DNA of 64,000 nucleotides from a virus. The translations under genes were made by a program, and so were the position numbers. The first letter of the stretch is position 1; every line of letters starts with the position of its first letter. A model generated the notes under the pieces. The model was given only the letters and a program-made list of their open reading frames with translations, made no database searches and had not been told where the DNA came from. This document shows positions 15,888-25,667 of this stretch, piece after piece. The stretch lies in IMG/VR virus record IMGVR_UViG_3300017767_005578, positions 9 to 64,008 of that record; one strand, given 5' to 3'.

Positions 15888-16430
15888 TTTAATAAAGTTT
15901 AAATTGTGGTTAACCTTAAAACGGTGTTAACCTTAACCGTCTGAGACAAAGTACGTTTAAATTATTCGTTAAATCAAATTTTAAGACTAAAAAAATTAAA
16001 CTTTTTTTTCAATTATCTTGTAACTCATTGATTATCAACTAAATAAATTTTATTAATAGTATTGTACAACACCAGGAAAATTAAAAAAAAAGGGCCTCAA
16101 GGTGACACAATTACAAAAAAGAAACAATAAGAATAATACTACTATAATAGAGAAGACATACAGGAACTATGAAAAAAAATTGTGTGTATTTAGTTTTGAT
16201 CTCTCAAGGTGGGGAAATAAAAAAAAGTATCTGATGTATTAAACAAACGATTTAAACAGATACAAAATTTTTTAAAACTATATACGCTTTGAATTTTTCC
16301 CCAAACAGAAACAAAAACAAAGTTTTCTCAACCGTTCGATAGGGTAAACACAAGGTATTGAACGGCAAATAGTTAAGGCCATAAGACTAAAAACAAAAAC
16401 AGTTAATTGTGACGGGAGGAAACGAAAAAC

Positions 16431-16513
16431 GCGCCCACCCCCCAAAAGTTTTGCGCCTCCCCCAGGAACGATCACCCCCGACGCACACCCCTATAACCCC
16501 ACTCCTTTAACCC
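16431..16513 (-). other. C-run cluster (G-tracts on minus strand) at the transcription divergence point; candidate pac/terminus/origin
   Basis: Seven runs of 3-6 C in about 80 nt of an AT-rich genome; strand skew flips here. Confidence 0.5.
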
Positions 16514-16762
16514 TGTAGATTTCAGGCGGTTACGTGGTCTATACTGGAGCATTCTAAACATATCTGTAACTTTTTATTGTTGTAGGTGTATGTTTTGTTA
16601 CCTAACCGTAATGATTTACGGTTTGTATAAGAGTGGTTAATTATTCATGTGTAGGAATTGGTATTTTGTGGGATAAAGTTGTTATATTAGTAATTCAATT
16701 ACCTCATGGCTGTGCAAATATTATCGTGTTTTCTCGGGTCAAGAGGTTCAAAGTAGTGTAAA

Positions 16763-17056
16763 ATGGCATATAAGGGATATAAGAAAGAACCAGAGCGAAG
16801 GAAGAAGTATGATCCTTTGTATTTGGATTGGTTGGACAGGTATCGTCAGTTGCGTTGTTTACGGAATGTAAGCAGGAAGTATATGGCGAGGGAGTTGGGT
16901 TTAACGGACAGGACTTATTATAAGAAGGAGGTTTGTATATCCAGTTTTACTTTTTATGAGTTGGTAAAGGCTTTTCGTATTTTGGGTTATGATTTGCGAG
17001 TTGTGGTTGATGATGTTTTCAGTCATGACAAGAGGGGAAGGCGAATAGATTATTAG
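16763..17056 (+). CDS. XRE/Cro-like HTH transcriptional regulator
   Basis: LRCLRNVSRKYMARELGLTDRTYYKKE...FTFYELVKAFRILG HTH_3 pattern. Confidence 0.7.
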   Translation: MAYKGYKKEPERRKKYDPLYLDWLDRYRQLRCLRNVSRKYMARELGLTDRTYYKKEVCISSFTFYELVKAFRILGYDLRVVVDDVFSHDKRGRRIDY

Positions 17057-17073
17057 GATTAAGTTATTGTGTT

Positions 17074-17283
17074 ATGTCGGGAGTTAGGCATTTGGATGTT
17101 AATGGAGATAGGATAGTTTGGCGTAGTCGTCATCATTTGGATCTTCATTTGGAGGATTTGCATGACAATCATTTGTTGGCTATATATCGGAATCAGATAA
17201 GGAGTAAGCCTGACAATCCTGTTTTGGATTATGTATGGTCTGAGATAGAGTTTAGGGGTTTGGAGGATTCGGTAGAGTTGTAA
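17074..17283 (+). CDS. hypothetical protein
   Basis: ORF track; W..R...L.LEDLHDNHL motif. Confidence 0.5.
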   Translation: MSGVRHLDVNGDRIVWRSRHHLDLHLEDLHDNHLLAIYRNQIRSKPDNPVLDYVWSEIEFRGLEDSVEL

Positions 17284-17324
17284 CAAAGGGGTTAAAAAAG
17301 GAGTTAATAGGGGGTTAGTATATT

Positions 17325-17525
17325 TTGGTAGGAAAGATTTTAGATAGGGATAAGTTTTTGGAGTCTCATAGGCAGGCGATTTTGTTTAGTGTTGGGAGGG
17401 TTCGTGATGCTTATTTGGATAGGTTGAAGGGGTATGCTTTTGATAATGGGTTAAAGATATGTCGAAACTGTTATAGGGTTTATGAGAAAGATTGTGCCGA
17501 GTGTGGCAAAGGAGTTGAATATTAA
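17325..17525 (+). CDS. small zinc-ribbon protein
   Basis: CRNC...CAEC. Confidence 0.5.
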   Translation: MVGKILDRDKFLESHRQAILFSVGRVRDAYLDRLKGYAFDNGLKICRNCYRVYEKDCAECGKGVEY

Positions 17526-18084
17526 TTTCCCAGAGATAGAGTTGGGTGATTTACGTTCTGATGAGGAGTTTTTTTATTTGTGTTGGTTGAGTGAGTTGTG
17601 TAATGCTGGTTATGTTGATAATGTTTGGTATGAGTATACTACGTTTGAGTTGTATGGTGGTTATGAGAAGTTGTATGAGGAGCGTTTAAAGACTAAGGTT
17701 AATCATAAGTGTGAGAGGTTGATAAAGCCTACTGTTTATACTCCTGATTTCAAGGTTGAGTGGACGCAGAAGGCTGAGGGTGTTTTTTATTATGATTATG
17801 TGGATAAGGCGAGGTTGACGAGTAATAATAAGCCTTTGTATCATTTGGGTAGTAGGTTGGTGAGTCATGTAGAGATAAAGCCTGTTCATAATCAGAATAA
17901 TATGACGAGTTATGCACAGTTGAAGATTAATTGGTTGTTTGCCACTCAGGGTGTTTATATTAATATGTTTAAGATACCGACTATGTTTGGGTTAAATTTT
18001 TATCCAGGAGAGTATTTGGTTACGGATGTAAAGCGTTCACCTCGGAATGTTGGTTTTCCTGTTATTGGTGATTATTTAAAATAA
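17482..18084 (+). CDS. PD-(D/E)xK endonuclease (DUF1064/TnsA-like)
   Basis: RSDEE, YTPDF, VEIKP motifs. Confidence 0.65.
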   Translation: MRKIVPSVAKELNINFPEIELGDLRSDEEFFYLCWLSELCNAGYVDNVWYEYTTFELYGGYEKLYEERLKTKVNHKCERLIKPTVYTPDFKVEWTQKAEGVFYYDYVDKARLTSNNKPLYHLGSRLVSHVEIKPVHNQNNMTSYAQLKINWLFATQGVYINMFKIPTMFGLNFYPGEYLVTDVKRSPRNVGFPVIGDYLK

Positions 18085-18120
18085 AAATGTTTATATTGGT
18101 CTAGGGTTTATTGATTGATT

Positions 18121-18159
18121 GGGGGGGGTGTTTCTTGTTTGTCGCTCCCCTTTTTTTTT
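18121..18159 (+). terminator. intrinsic terminator
   Basis: G-rich/C-rich stem followed by T9. Confidence 0.55.
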
Positions 18160-18191
18160 GTTGTAGGTATCACATTTAGGGTAAAAAATAA

Positions 18192-18494
18192 TTGTTATAT
18201 ATTTACAATATGGACAGGGATGTTATTGACAATGTTTATCAGTTGATAGTTTTGAATAAGACGTTGGGTGATACTCCTGGATTTGTTTGGCAGATTGGTA
18301 AGAGTTATCGGGTAGCTGGACAGAGGTTTGAGTGTTCTAGGATATTGCATGATGACACAGCGTATCATTTTAATGGTCAGAGTCGTTGGGTAGTTTTTTT
18401 GAAGGCTTCTAATGGAGAGGAGTTCAAGCATGCTTATTATGAGAATGCTAGTTTAGAGGTTAAGAGGGGAGTTCCAGAGCATTTATTGGTTTAG
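18192..18494 (+). CDS. hypothetical protein
   Basis: ORF track. Confidence 0.55.
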   Translation: MLYIYNMDRDVIDNVYQLIVLNKTLGDTPGFVWQIGKSYRVAGQRFECSRILHDDTAYHFNGQSRWVVFLKASNGEEFKHAYYENASLEVKRGVPEHLLV

Positions 18495-18523
18495 TATAAG
18501 TATAAATTTAAAAATAAGAAATA

Positions 18524-19546
18524 ATGGCAATTACATTAAGTACGTTAAATATTGTTGGTAAGGATGGTAATACTACTACTGTTTTATCGGACAAGGTAAA
18601 GGCGGTAAACTCTTTTCAGGGTGACGTTGATGTGGAGATTGATGTTTATGGTCAAGATCCTCAGATTATTAAGACAGAAAATACGGCATCTACGGGTAGT
18701 GTTACTTTGAACTCAGGTTCGGGAACTATCACAGATTTGACTGTAAACTCTGTAAGTATTTTTGATACTACTACAGCGGTATCGGGTTCTTCGTTGGCAG
18801 AGCTTGCTGCTAATTTGGTTATAGCGGTAAATTCGTTTACGAGTGTTCCTAATTATACGGCTAGTGCGGCAGGTGCGGTTGTGACTATCTCTGCTGATAA
18901 GGCTGCTGCTGATGGTCCTAATACTTATGCGGTTGCTTCTACGGTTACTGGTACATTGGCTAAGACGGATGTGAATTTGTCTGGAGGTACTAATCAGAAG
19001 AGTATTATAGATGCTTTGTTGTCATCTTATAATATAACAGTTAATGTTCCAGGTTATAATACTTCGGCAACTTCTTCTGTTAAGTTTACTAACGCAGGTG
19101 GTAATCTTACAAATTTAGTTTACAATTCTGTTTCTGTTTTTGATACAGGTACTCCTGTTACTGGAGCTACGGTTCAGGCTAAGGCTACAGCTTTGGCTGC
19201 TGCTGTTAATTCACACACTAGCACACCTAATTACTCTGCTAAGGTTGATCCTGATAATGATGATACTGTTATTATTTCGTTAGCTTCGTCTTCTGGTTCA
19301 ACTTTAAATGGTCAAGCAGGAACTCCTACTTTCACTTCTACAGGGGCTGCTACTGTTACAAATTTAGCAGGTGGTGCATTTCCAACAAGGTCTTTAAATG
19401 TTTTAAGAATTAGATCTGTAAACGAGCAGCCTGATGGTCAGAGTGTTATTTACTACAATGAAGCTGGTAATACTTTTCAAAAAGTTGAGGAGGTTCTTTG
19501 TACTCAGTCATTCTCTGCTGTTAAGACTTTGATAGACGCATTATAA
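18524..19546 (+). CDS. virion structural protein with two internal ~110-aa repeats
   Basis: T/S/A/V-rich; repeat shared with the protein at 30484-32349. Confidence 0.6.
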   Translation: MAITLSTLNIVGKDGNTTTVLSDKVKAVNSFQGDVDVEIDVYGQDPQIIKTENTASTGSVTLNSGSGTITDLTVNSVSIFDTTTAVSGSSLAELAANLVIAVNSFTSVPNYTASAAGAVVTISADKAAADGPNTYAVASTVTGTLAKTDVNLSGGTNQKSIIDALLSSYNITVNVPGYNTSATSSVKFTNAGGNLTNLVYNSVSVFDTGTPVTGATVQAKATALAAAVNSHTSTPNYSAKVDPDNDDTVIISLASSSGSTLNGQAGTPTFTSTGAATVTNLAGGAFPTRSLNVLRIRSVNEQPDGQSVIYYNEAGNTFQKVEEVLCTQSFSAVKTLIDAL

Positions 19547-19587
19547 GATTTTCCATTTTGTATTGATATATATTTTTAATTGTTATG

Positions 19588-19615
19588 ACCCTAACTTTCA
19601 TAGTTAGGGTTTTTT
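19588..19615 (+). terminator. intrinsic terminator
   Basis: ACCCTAACT-TTCAT-AGTTAGGGT followed by a T-run. Confidence 0.75.
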
Positions 19616-19621
19616 ATTATA

Positions 19622-20008
19622 TTGTGTTTAAATAAAATTAAAATTAAAATGAAACTAGAGGATATTAAGGACGTAAAGGTTCGCAGGTATGTGCGTGGTC
19701 TTCAGCTAAAGCTTGAGGAGTTTGAGGCAAATACCACTAAGGTTAAATCTTTTTTAGCTTTAAAAAACTTTATTACGCAGAACAATAAGCTGCTGACTAA
19801 TTATCGTGTATCGGATTCAGCGGATGAGCTTTCAGACAAGGAGGATAAAGCGTTGGAAAGGGGTTTAAAATTTTCGGAGAAGCTTGATTATCTACAGACG
19901 TTGTTGGATAAGATGTATGGAGAGATAGGAGAGATTCCTGAAGAGCAAGGGAAACAAAAAGCTGCTTCAGCGTATGAGCAGGTAATGAGGGATTTGAAAA
20001 ATGGGTAA
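19622..20008 (+). CDS. probable terminase small subunit
   Basis: Helical 128 aa, overlapping the start of terL; positional inference. Confidence 0.45.
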   Translation: MCLNKIKIKMKLEDIKDVKVRRYVRGLQLKLEEFEANTTKVKSFLALKNFITQNNKLLTNYRVSDSADELSDKEDKALERGLKFSEKLDYLQTLLDKMYGEIGEIPEEQGKQKAASAYEQVMRDLKNG

Positions 20009-22088
20009 GTTGTCTACAAGGGCGATGAGGTCCGTTAATTTTAAAAGAGTTAGAGAGATAACGTTAAATGGGAATATTGAGTTTACTGTTGATCTTCCTA
20101 ATCCTCCTGCATATTATAAGATTGCTAATTGGGATAAAAAAATAAAAGACCAGAGGTGGATGATTCCTGATTGGATTTTATCTCAACGGGATTTTGACAT
20201 GCTTGACATGGATAATCAGATTGATTATTTAAAGCAGGTCACTCACCACAGGATAAATGGGTATTGGTTTTACAACAAGGGTACGATAGAGTATTTAACT
20301 GGCGACCATTTTTTTTATTTAGCATTTTGGAGGATTGATGGGATTGTTCCTTATTGGAAGGATAGCGATGCTACGTTTTTTTATATCGAGCGTCATTGTC
20401 AGATGTTGGATTCTTGTTTGGGTTGGATGCAGGTTACTAATCGTAGGGATGGTAAGACTGGTAAGGCTACTTCTATTATTTACAATCGGATTACGTTAAG
20501 TTATGATGCCAATGGAGGTATTCAGAGTAAGACGAATAAGGATGCCAGTATGATCTTCAAGAAGATGGTCAAGAGTTGGCAGAAGTTGCCTGATTATTTA
20601 AAGCCTGAAGATTCGGGTGACACTAATCCAAGTTCAGCGTTAAAGTTTGAAGAACCAGCCAAGAGGAGTACTAAGGGTGGTAAGAAGATTTACAAGGAGG
20701 TTTTGAACTCAATGATTGATTACAAGCCTTCTGTTGAGAATGCTTATGATGGTAATAAGTTGAAGTATTACTATGATGATGAGTATGGAAAAACTACTGA
20801 GGTGGATGTTAATGACCGTTGGCAGGTTGTCAAGGAGTGTTTGGTCCAGGGTAAGAATATTGTAGGAAAGAGTTTGCATACTACTACTGCCGAGGAGATG
20901 GAGGAAAAGGGTGGAGCTGCTGCTAAGGATATGTGGGATGACTCTAACATTTTGGAGTCTGAGGTTCAGGGCAGGGAGTTTACTGTTTCGGGATTGTTAA
21001 GGTGGTTTAAGCCTGCCACTCATGGTTTGGAGGGGTTTATAGATAAGTATGGATATAGTGTTGTTGAAGACCCTGCGAAGCCTGTTGTTGGCATTGACGG
21101 AAAGAAGATAGAGATAGGTAGTCTTACTTACATTAATCGTAGGAGAAAGGGGTTAACGGGAAATAAGTTAGCAGGAGAGAAGAGGAAGTATCCTTTGACT
21201 GTTGATGAAGCTTTTATTGAGGAGGGGAAGTTGAGTCCTTTTGATATTATTAAGTTGAATGATCAAATATCTTATAATGGCACACTTAATAATAAGGTCA
21301 TACAAGGAAACTTCGTATGGATAGACAGACATAATTTAGAGGTCGGTTGGCAGCCTTCGGTACATGGAAGGTGGAAGGTGTTATGGATGCCAGTTGTTGA
21401 TGACAGGAATAAGACGATACAAACTTCCAGGGGTTTAAAGCCTCGTAACTTTGATAAGTTTGTAGCAGGGTGTGACCCTTTTGACCATAAGGTAACTACG
21501 GATAATAAGAAGTCCAATGGAGCTAGTTATGTGTATAGGAAGTTAGACCCTTTTGACCAGGAGCAGAGTGATACTTTTGTTTGTGAGTATGTTAATCGTC
21601 CTGCCACTCCTGATATGTTTTATGAGGACATGATAAAGCAGTGTATTTTTTATGGTTGTGAGTTGTTGTGTGAGAACAATAAGATTGGTTTAATAAATTG
21701 GTTTGAGAACAATGGTTATGGTGGTTACTTAATGGACAGACCAGATTTCACTCATACTGATTATAGTAGGAAGCGTCAGAAGGAGAAGGGGATACCTATG
21801 AACTCGGAGGCTGTTCGTCAGAGGGCTATAGAAGTTACTGAAAGTTTTGTGTATGCTAATACTGGTTATGACTTCGAGAACAACATTTATGGGAAGGTTT
21901 TTTTTAATGATTTATTAAAGTGTTGGATAAAATTCAATCCTCAGAAGTGGACAGATTACGATGAGTTTGTTGCGGCTGCTTTGTGTCTTTTTGGTAAGGA
22001 AAGGTATGTAAGAAAAAAGACTCGAAAAAGCACTCGTTCTGTGGGTAGATTCATCAAAACATATAAGAGGCATGGGGGTTTCAAGTGA
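20001..22088 (+). CDS. terL: terminase large subunit
   Basis: Walker A NRRDGKT, Walker B YYYDDEYGK, nuclease AGCDPFD, terminal D-x-x-D-x-F/V-A-A motif (DYDEFVAA). Confidence 0.88.
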   Translation: MGKLSTRAMRSVNFKRVREITLNGNIEFTVDLPNPPAYYKIANWDKKIKDQRWMIPDWILSQRDFDMLDMDNQIDYLKQVTHHRINGYWFYNKGTIEYLTGDHFFYLAFWRIDGIVPYWKDSDATFFYIERHCQMLDSCLGWMQVTNRRDGKTGKATSIIYNRITLSYDANGGIQSKTNKDASMIFKKMVKSWQKLPDYLKPEDSGDTNPSSALKFEEPAKRSTKGGKKIYKEVLNSMIDYKPSVENAYDGNKLKYYYDDEYGKTTEVDVNDRWQVVKECLVQGKNIVGKSLHTTTAEEMEEKGGAAAKDMWDDSNILESEVQGREFTVSGLLRWFKPATHGLEGFIDKYGYSVVEDPAKPVVGIDGKKIEIGSLTYINRRRKGLTGNKLAGEKRKYPLTVDEAFIEEGKLSPFDIIKLNDQISYNGTLNNKVIQGNFVWIDRHNLEVGWQPSVHGRWKVLWMPVVDDRNKTIQTSRGLKPRNFDKFVAGCDPFDHKVTTDNKKSNGASYVYRKLDPFDQEQSDTFVCEYVNRPATPDMFYEDMIKQCIFYGCELLCENNKIGLINWFENNGYGGYLMDRPDFTHTDYSRKRQKEKGIPMNSEAVRQRAIEVTESFVYANTGYDFENNIYGKVFFNDLLKCWIKFNPQKWTDYDEFVAAALCLFGKERYVRKKTRKSTRSVGRFIKTYKRHGGFK

Positions 22089-22103
22089 GTTAAAATAATT
22101 GCT

Positions 22104-22111
22104 TACATTTG
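22104..22111 (+). promoter_or_regulatory. -7 element TACATTTG upstream of portal
   Basis: Matches Bacteroidota TAnnTTTG; related TATATTTA/TATATTAG at 16683, 18198, 24536, 28651, 48666. Confidence 0.4.
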
Positions 22112-22138
22112 TTAGTATAACTATTTTTTAGTAAGAGA

Positions 22139-24523
22139 ATGACAAAATCAAATACTAAGCTTCCTAATTTTCCGAATCCCACCTTATCTAAAGAGGAGAA
22201 ATCAACTAAAAAATACGGATTAGGTTGTGCGAAAGCGATATACGGAAAACACAGGGGTACTGATTGGTCGGTTTACAATAAAATCGCAAAGTTCGTAGAA
22301 AACAGAAAAGCAGCAGAGGGTTTAGCTAGTATTGACAAGTTCAAGGACTTGTTGGATTTGAATGGAGATTCTTCTTACTTAAATTTAGATTGGCAGTCGG
22401 TTTCTGTAGTTCCTAAGTTTGTTCAGTTGGTAGTTGGTGAAATGATTAACCAAGAGTTTAAGGTTAATGCGGTTGCTATGGATGAATCCTCAATGGAAAA
22501 ATTTGAGGAGGAGAAGAACAAGATATATGCCAATATGTTGATGGCTGAATTTTCTCAGAAGATGGAGGCTGAGACTGGTTTTTCTATGGTTGATAAATCT
22601 ATTCCAGTTCCGAAAGATTTGGAGGAGGCAGATGTTTTAATAGAGACAACTTTAAAGCAGGCTGTAGAAATAGCTATGGAGGTTTGTGTGTCTTTTGTTT
22701 TGCGTTCTAACAATTTTGACAAGGAGGTAAAGGAAAGGTTAATTAGAGATTTGGTGGTTATAAAGATATGTGCTACTAGAACTTATTTTGATGACAACAA
22801 CGACATTAAGTTAAGGTATGTAGATCCTGCTAATTTAGTTTTACCATATTCAAAAGACCCTTACTTTAGGGATACTCCTTATACGGGTGAGGTGTTAAAG
22901 ATGAGCTTTCATGATTTTGTTGCTTTGGTTGGTGATGAGATGACTGAGGAGCAGTATTATGATATTGCTAAAAGAGTTGGAAAGCAAAACATTAGTGTAG
23001 ATGGATTAACGCAAGAGAATGGTAGGTACTATCAGTCACCTTATTACGGTAGGGGTCAGGTTGATGATTTTTACATTGAGGTTTTAGATTTTGAGATTAG
23101 GTCCACTAATTACGAGTTGACTTATGAGCAAAAATACATTAGCAAAGGAAATTTTTTCTTAAACAAAAAGAAAACAGGTTACGAGCCTAAGAAGTATAGT
23201 AAGAAAAAAAGGGATGTAACCAGAAAGAAGGTAGAGGTTTTTTATGAGGGGTTATATGTTATAGGTTCTGATTATATCTATAAGTATGGTCTTCAGGAAA
23301 ACATGAATAGACCTAAGAAGAGTGGTGCTTACTGCTCTGAGGTTAAGAGTAGATATAGCATTATTGCTCCAGGCATGTATGACATGGAGAATAAGTCTAT
23401 GGTTGAGCAGATGTTACCTTTTGATAATCAGATGACTTTAGCTTATTTAAAGCTTCAGCAACAGATGATTAAGGCTAGACCAGCAGGTTTGGCTGTTGAT
23501 TCTTCTTCTTTGGAGGATGTGTTAAAAGGTAGAGGTGAGGATTTCCTAGACCCAACTGATATTGTAGAGATCTTTGATCAGACGGGTAACTTATATTACA
23601 GAAGTGAGGATTCGGAGTTTGGTGGGATGATTAATCAGAAGCCTATTCAGGAACTTGCTAATGGTCTTAGTCCAAGTGCTTTGTATTTCGTTGAGGTTTG
23701 GAATCACAACTTGAATATGATTAGGACAATTACGGGGTTGAATGAAGCTAGGGATGGTTCTACTCCTTCTTCTAAAGCTTTGGTTGGCGTTCAGAAAATG
23801 GCTGTAAATATGAGCCGTAATGCCACCAGGTCTTTAAACGATGCTTATATCCACAGTTTTAAATCATTGGCTGACAATATAGCTATGATGGTCCAGAATA
23901 AGGCTATTGCAGATGGGTTGAGAGGTTATGAATTGTCTTTAGGTAAAGAGGTTGTTGATGTTGTTAAAATAATAAAAGAGCTAAGTCTAGCGGAACTAGG
24001 CATAGAGATTGAAATACTTCCTAGTGCCGAAGAGATGCAAGAGTTAAATATTTTAATTGAGAAAGCTATAACGGCTCAATCTATAGAGCTGGAAGACGCT
24101 ATGGAGGTTAAGGATGTTGCTAAGGTTAATATCAAGAAGGCGACACACTTATTAAAGAAAAGAAGAAAAGAAAAGCAGGAGTCAGATATGGCTATAGCTA
24201 ATAACGCTTCACAACAGAACGCTCAAGCACAGATGCAGTCACAACAATCTGCTGCTCAGTCTCAGATGCAACTAAAACAAATGGAGCATCAAATGGACAT
24301 GGAGAAACTTCAAATGGAGTATCAGTTAAAGATGCAGTTAGAGCAGATGAAAGCCAGAACAAAAGGTATGGCAGACGCAGAGGTTGCTATGATTAATAAT
24401 GATGAAAAGTTAAAGCAGATAGATGCTGCTAAAAAGAATAATATTGATGATACTTCCATAGGTAATTCGGTGAGAGAGCCTCAAGTATTTAAGGGAGTGG
24501 GAGATAGCAGAAAATTAGATTAA
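22139..24523 (+). CDS. portal protein
   Basis: 794 aa directly after terL; LRYVDPANL, ITGLNEARDG, Gln-rich coiled-coil C-terminus as in crAss-like portals. Confidence 0.82.
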   Translation: MTKSNTKLPNFPNPTLSKEEKSTKKYGLGCAKAIYGKHRGTDWSVYNKIAKFVENRKAAEGLASIDKFKDLLDLNGDSSYLNLDWQSVSVVPKFVQLVVGEMINQEFKVNAVAMDESSMEKFEEEKNKIYANMLMAEFSQKMEAETGFSMVDKSIPVPKDLEEADVLIETTLKQAVEIAMEVCVSFVLRSNNFDKEVKERLIRDLVVIKICATRTYFDDNNDIKLRYVDPANLVLPYSKDPYFRDTPYTGEVLKMSFHDFVALVGDEMTEEQYYDIAKRVGKQNISVDGLTQENGRYYQSPYYGRGQVDDFYIEVLDFEIRSTNYELTYEQKYISKGNFFLNKKKTGYEPKKYSKKKRDVTRKKVEVFYEGLYVIGSDYIYKYGLQENMNRPKKSGAYCSEVKSRYSIIAPGMYDMENKSMVEQMLPFDNQMTLAYLKLQQQMIKARPAGLAVDSSSLEDVLKGRGEDFLDPTDIVEIFDQTGNLYYRSEDSEFGGMINQKPIQELANGLSPSALYFVEVWNHNLNMIRTITGLNEARDGSTPSSKALVGVQKMAVNMSRNATRSLNDAYIHSFKSLADNIAMMVQNKAIADGLRGYELSLGKEVVDVVKIIKELSLAELGIEIEILPSAEEMQELNILIEKAITAQSIELEDAMEVKDVAKVNIKKATHLLKKRRKEKQESDMAIANNASQQNAQAQMQSQQSAAQSQMQLKQMEHQMDMEKLQMEYQLKMQLEQMKARTKGMADAEVAMINNDEKLKQIDAAKKNNIDDTSIGNSVREPQVFKGVGDSRKLD

Positions 24524-24566
24524 AAATTTTTATTATATATTAGTTAAACCGTAAATTAAAATTAAA

Positions 24567-25649
24567 ATGAGTTTTGAAGATTTATTAAAAGCCCAAGGGC
24601 TTAAAGTTGTTGGTTCTGGAGATGCGTCAAGAGAAGAGCAACCAAAACAAGAAGCTGAACCTCAACAGGAGGTTAAAGATACAGAGGAAACCCCTCAACC
24701 AGAAGCTAAGGAGGAATCTGAGGCTGAGGTTAAAGAGATTAGTTTTGAGGATTCTTTTAAAGAGAAATACGGTTCTTTAGAAGACCTAGAAGCTAAATTA
24801 AGTTCTTTGGAAGAAAAGGCAAGTGCTTCAAAATTTGAAGACAAGTACGAGTCTGATAGTATAGATAGACTAGAAAAGGTGTTAGGTTCTGGGTTCTCTT
24901 GGGATAAGATAAAAGAGATTGCAGACGTTAAGACGCTAAATGTTGATTCATTAGATGGTCGTCAAGCATTATCTAAAATGTTAGAAATGAAAGACGGCTT
25001 ATCCACAGCAGAGATAAACGCTAAGTTAAGGGAGTATGACAAACTTAATGATGCAGATTTAGATTTGATGGATGACGATGAGAAAATCGAACATAAAGCA
25101 GCTTTAGCACGTTATGATAGGCTACAAAAGGAAAGTAAAGATTTCTTAAATTCTGTAAAGAATGATGAGAAGTATTCTTTGCCAGACTTGAAAAAACCTA
25201 CAGATGACAAAGAACTAATAGAGAAGCAACAAAAAGAATTTGAAGAATTGAAGAATCGTTATGAGTCTTCTGTTTCAGAATCATTAAAAGAATTTAACTC
25301 AGTAAGTCTTAAACTCGGAGAGGATAATGAATTTACGTTTGAGTTGAATGATGAGATGAAGCAAAAGGTTCAGGAAAGGATGAATGGTATCAATGAGTAT
25401 TATAGCAACTTCGTTAGTGCTAACGGTGTAGATTATAATAATATGAAGGAGACTATCGCCAAAGAACTTTTTTTCGATCAAATATTGAAGTCGGCAGTTG
25501 AGGCTAACATTAACAAAGGCGAGATAAATGCTGTGAAGGAGATTAACAACGTAGTTGATAAATCTAAGAAATCACAAGCACCATCTTCTAATGCTAGTGT
25601 TCAGGATCAGATAATTGACGGTTTCTTAAAAGGTCAAGGAATTAGATAA
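24567..25649 (+). CDS. probable capsid scaffolding/assembly protein
   Basis: Very acidic coiled-coil protein between portal and MCP. Confidence 0.55.
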   Translation: MSFEDLLKAQGLKVVGSGDASREEQPKQEAEPQQEVKDTEETPQPEAKEESEAEVKEISFEDSFKEKYGSLEDLEAKLSSLEEKASASKFEDKYESDSIDRLEKVLGSGFSWDKIKEIADVKTLNVDSLDGRQALSKMLEMKDGLSTAEINAKLREYDKLNDADLDLMDDDEKIEHKAALARYDRLQKESKDFLNSVKNDEKYSLPDLKKPTDDKELIEKQQKEFEELKNRYESSVSESLKEFNSVSLKLGEDNEFTFELNDEMKQKVQERMNGINEYYSNFVSANGVDYNNMKETIAKELFFDQILKSAVEANINKGEINAVKEINNVVDKSKKSQAPSSNASVQDQIIDGFLKGQGIR

Positions 25650-25667
25650 TTTTAAAAACTAAAAAAA

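Noticed and set aside
489-16113. CRISPR-like array suggested by the recurring repeats
   Set aside because: Spacing is irregular and gene-sized, the repeats are not identical, and there are no cas genes.
18164-18177. Weak ninth copy of the early motif (AGGTATCACATTTA)
   Set aside because: Two mismatches, and oriented opposite to the local genes; not counted.
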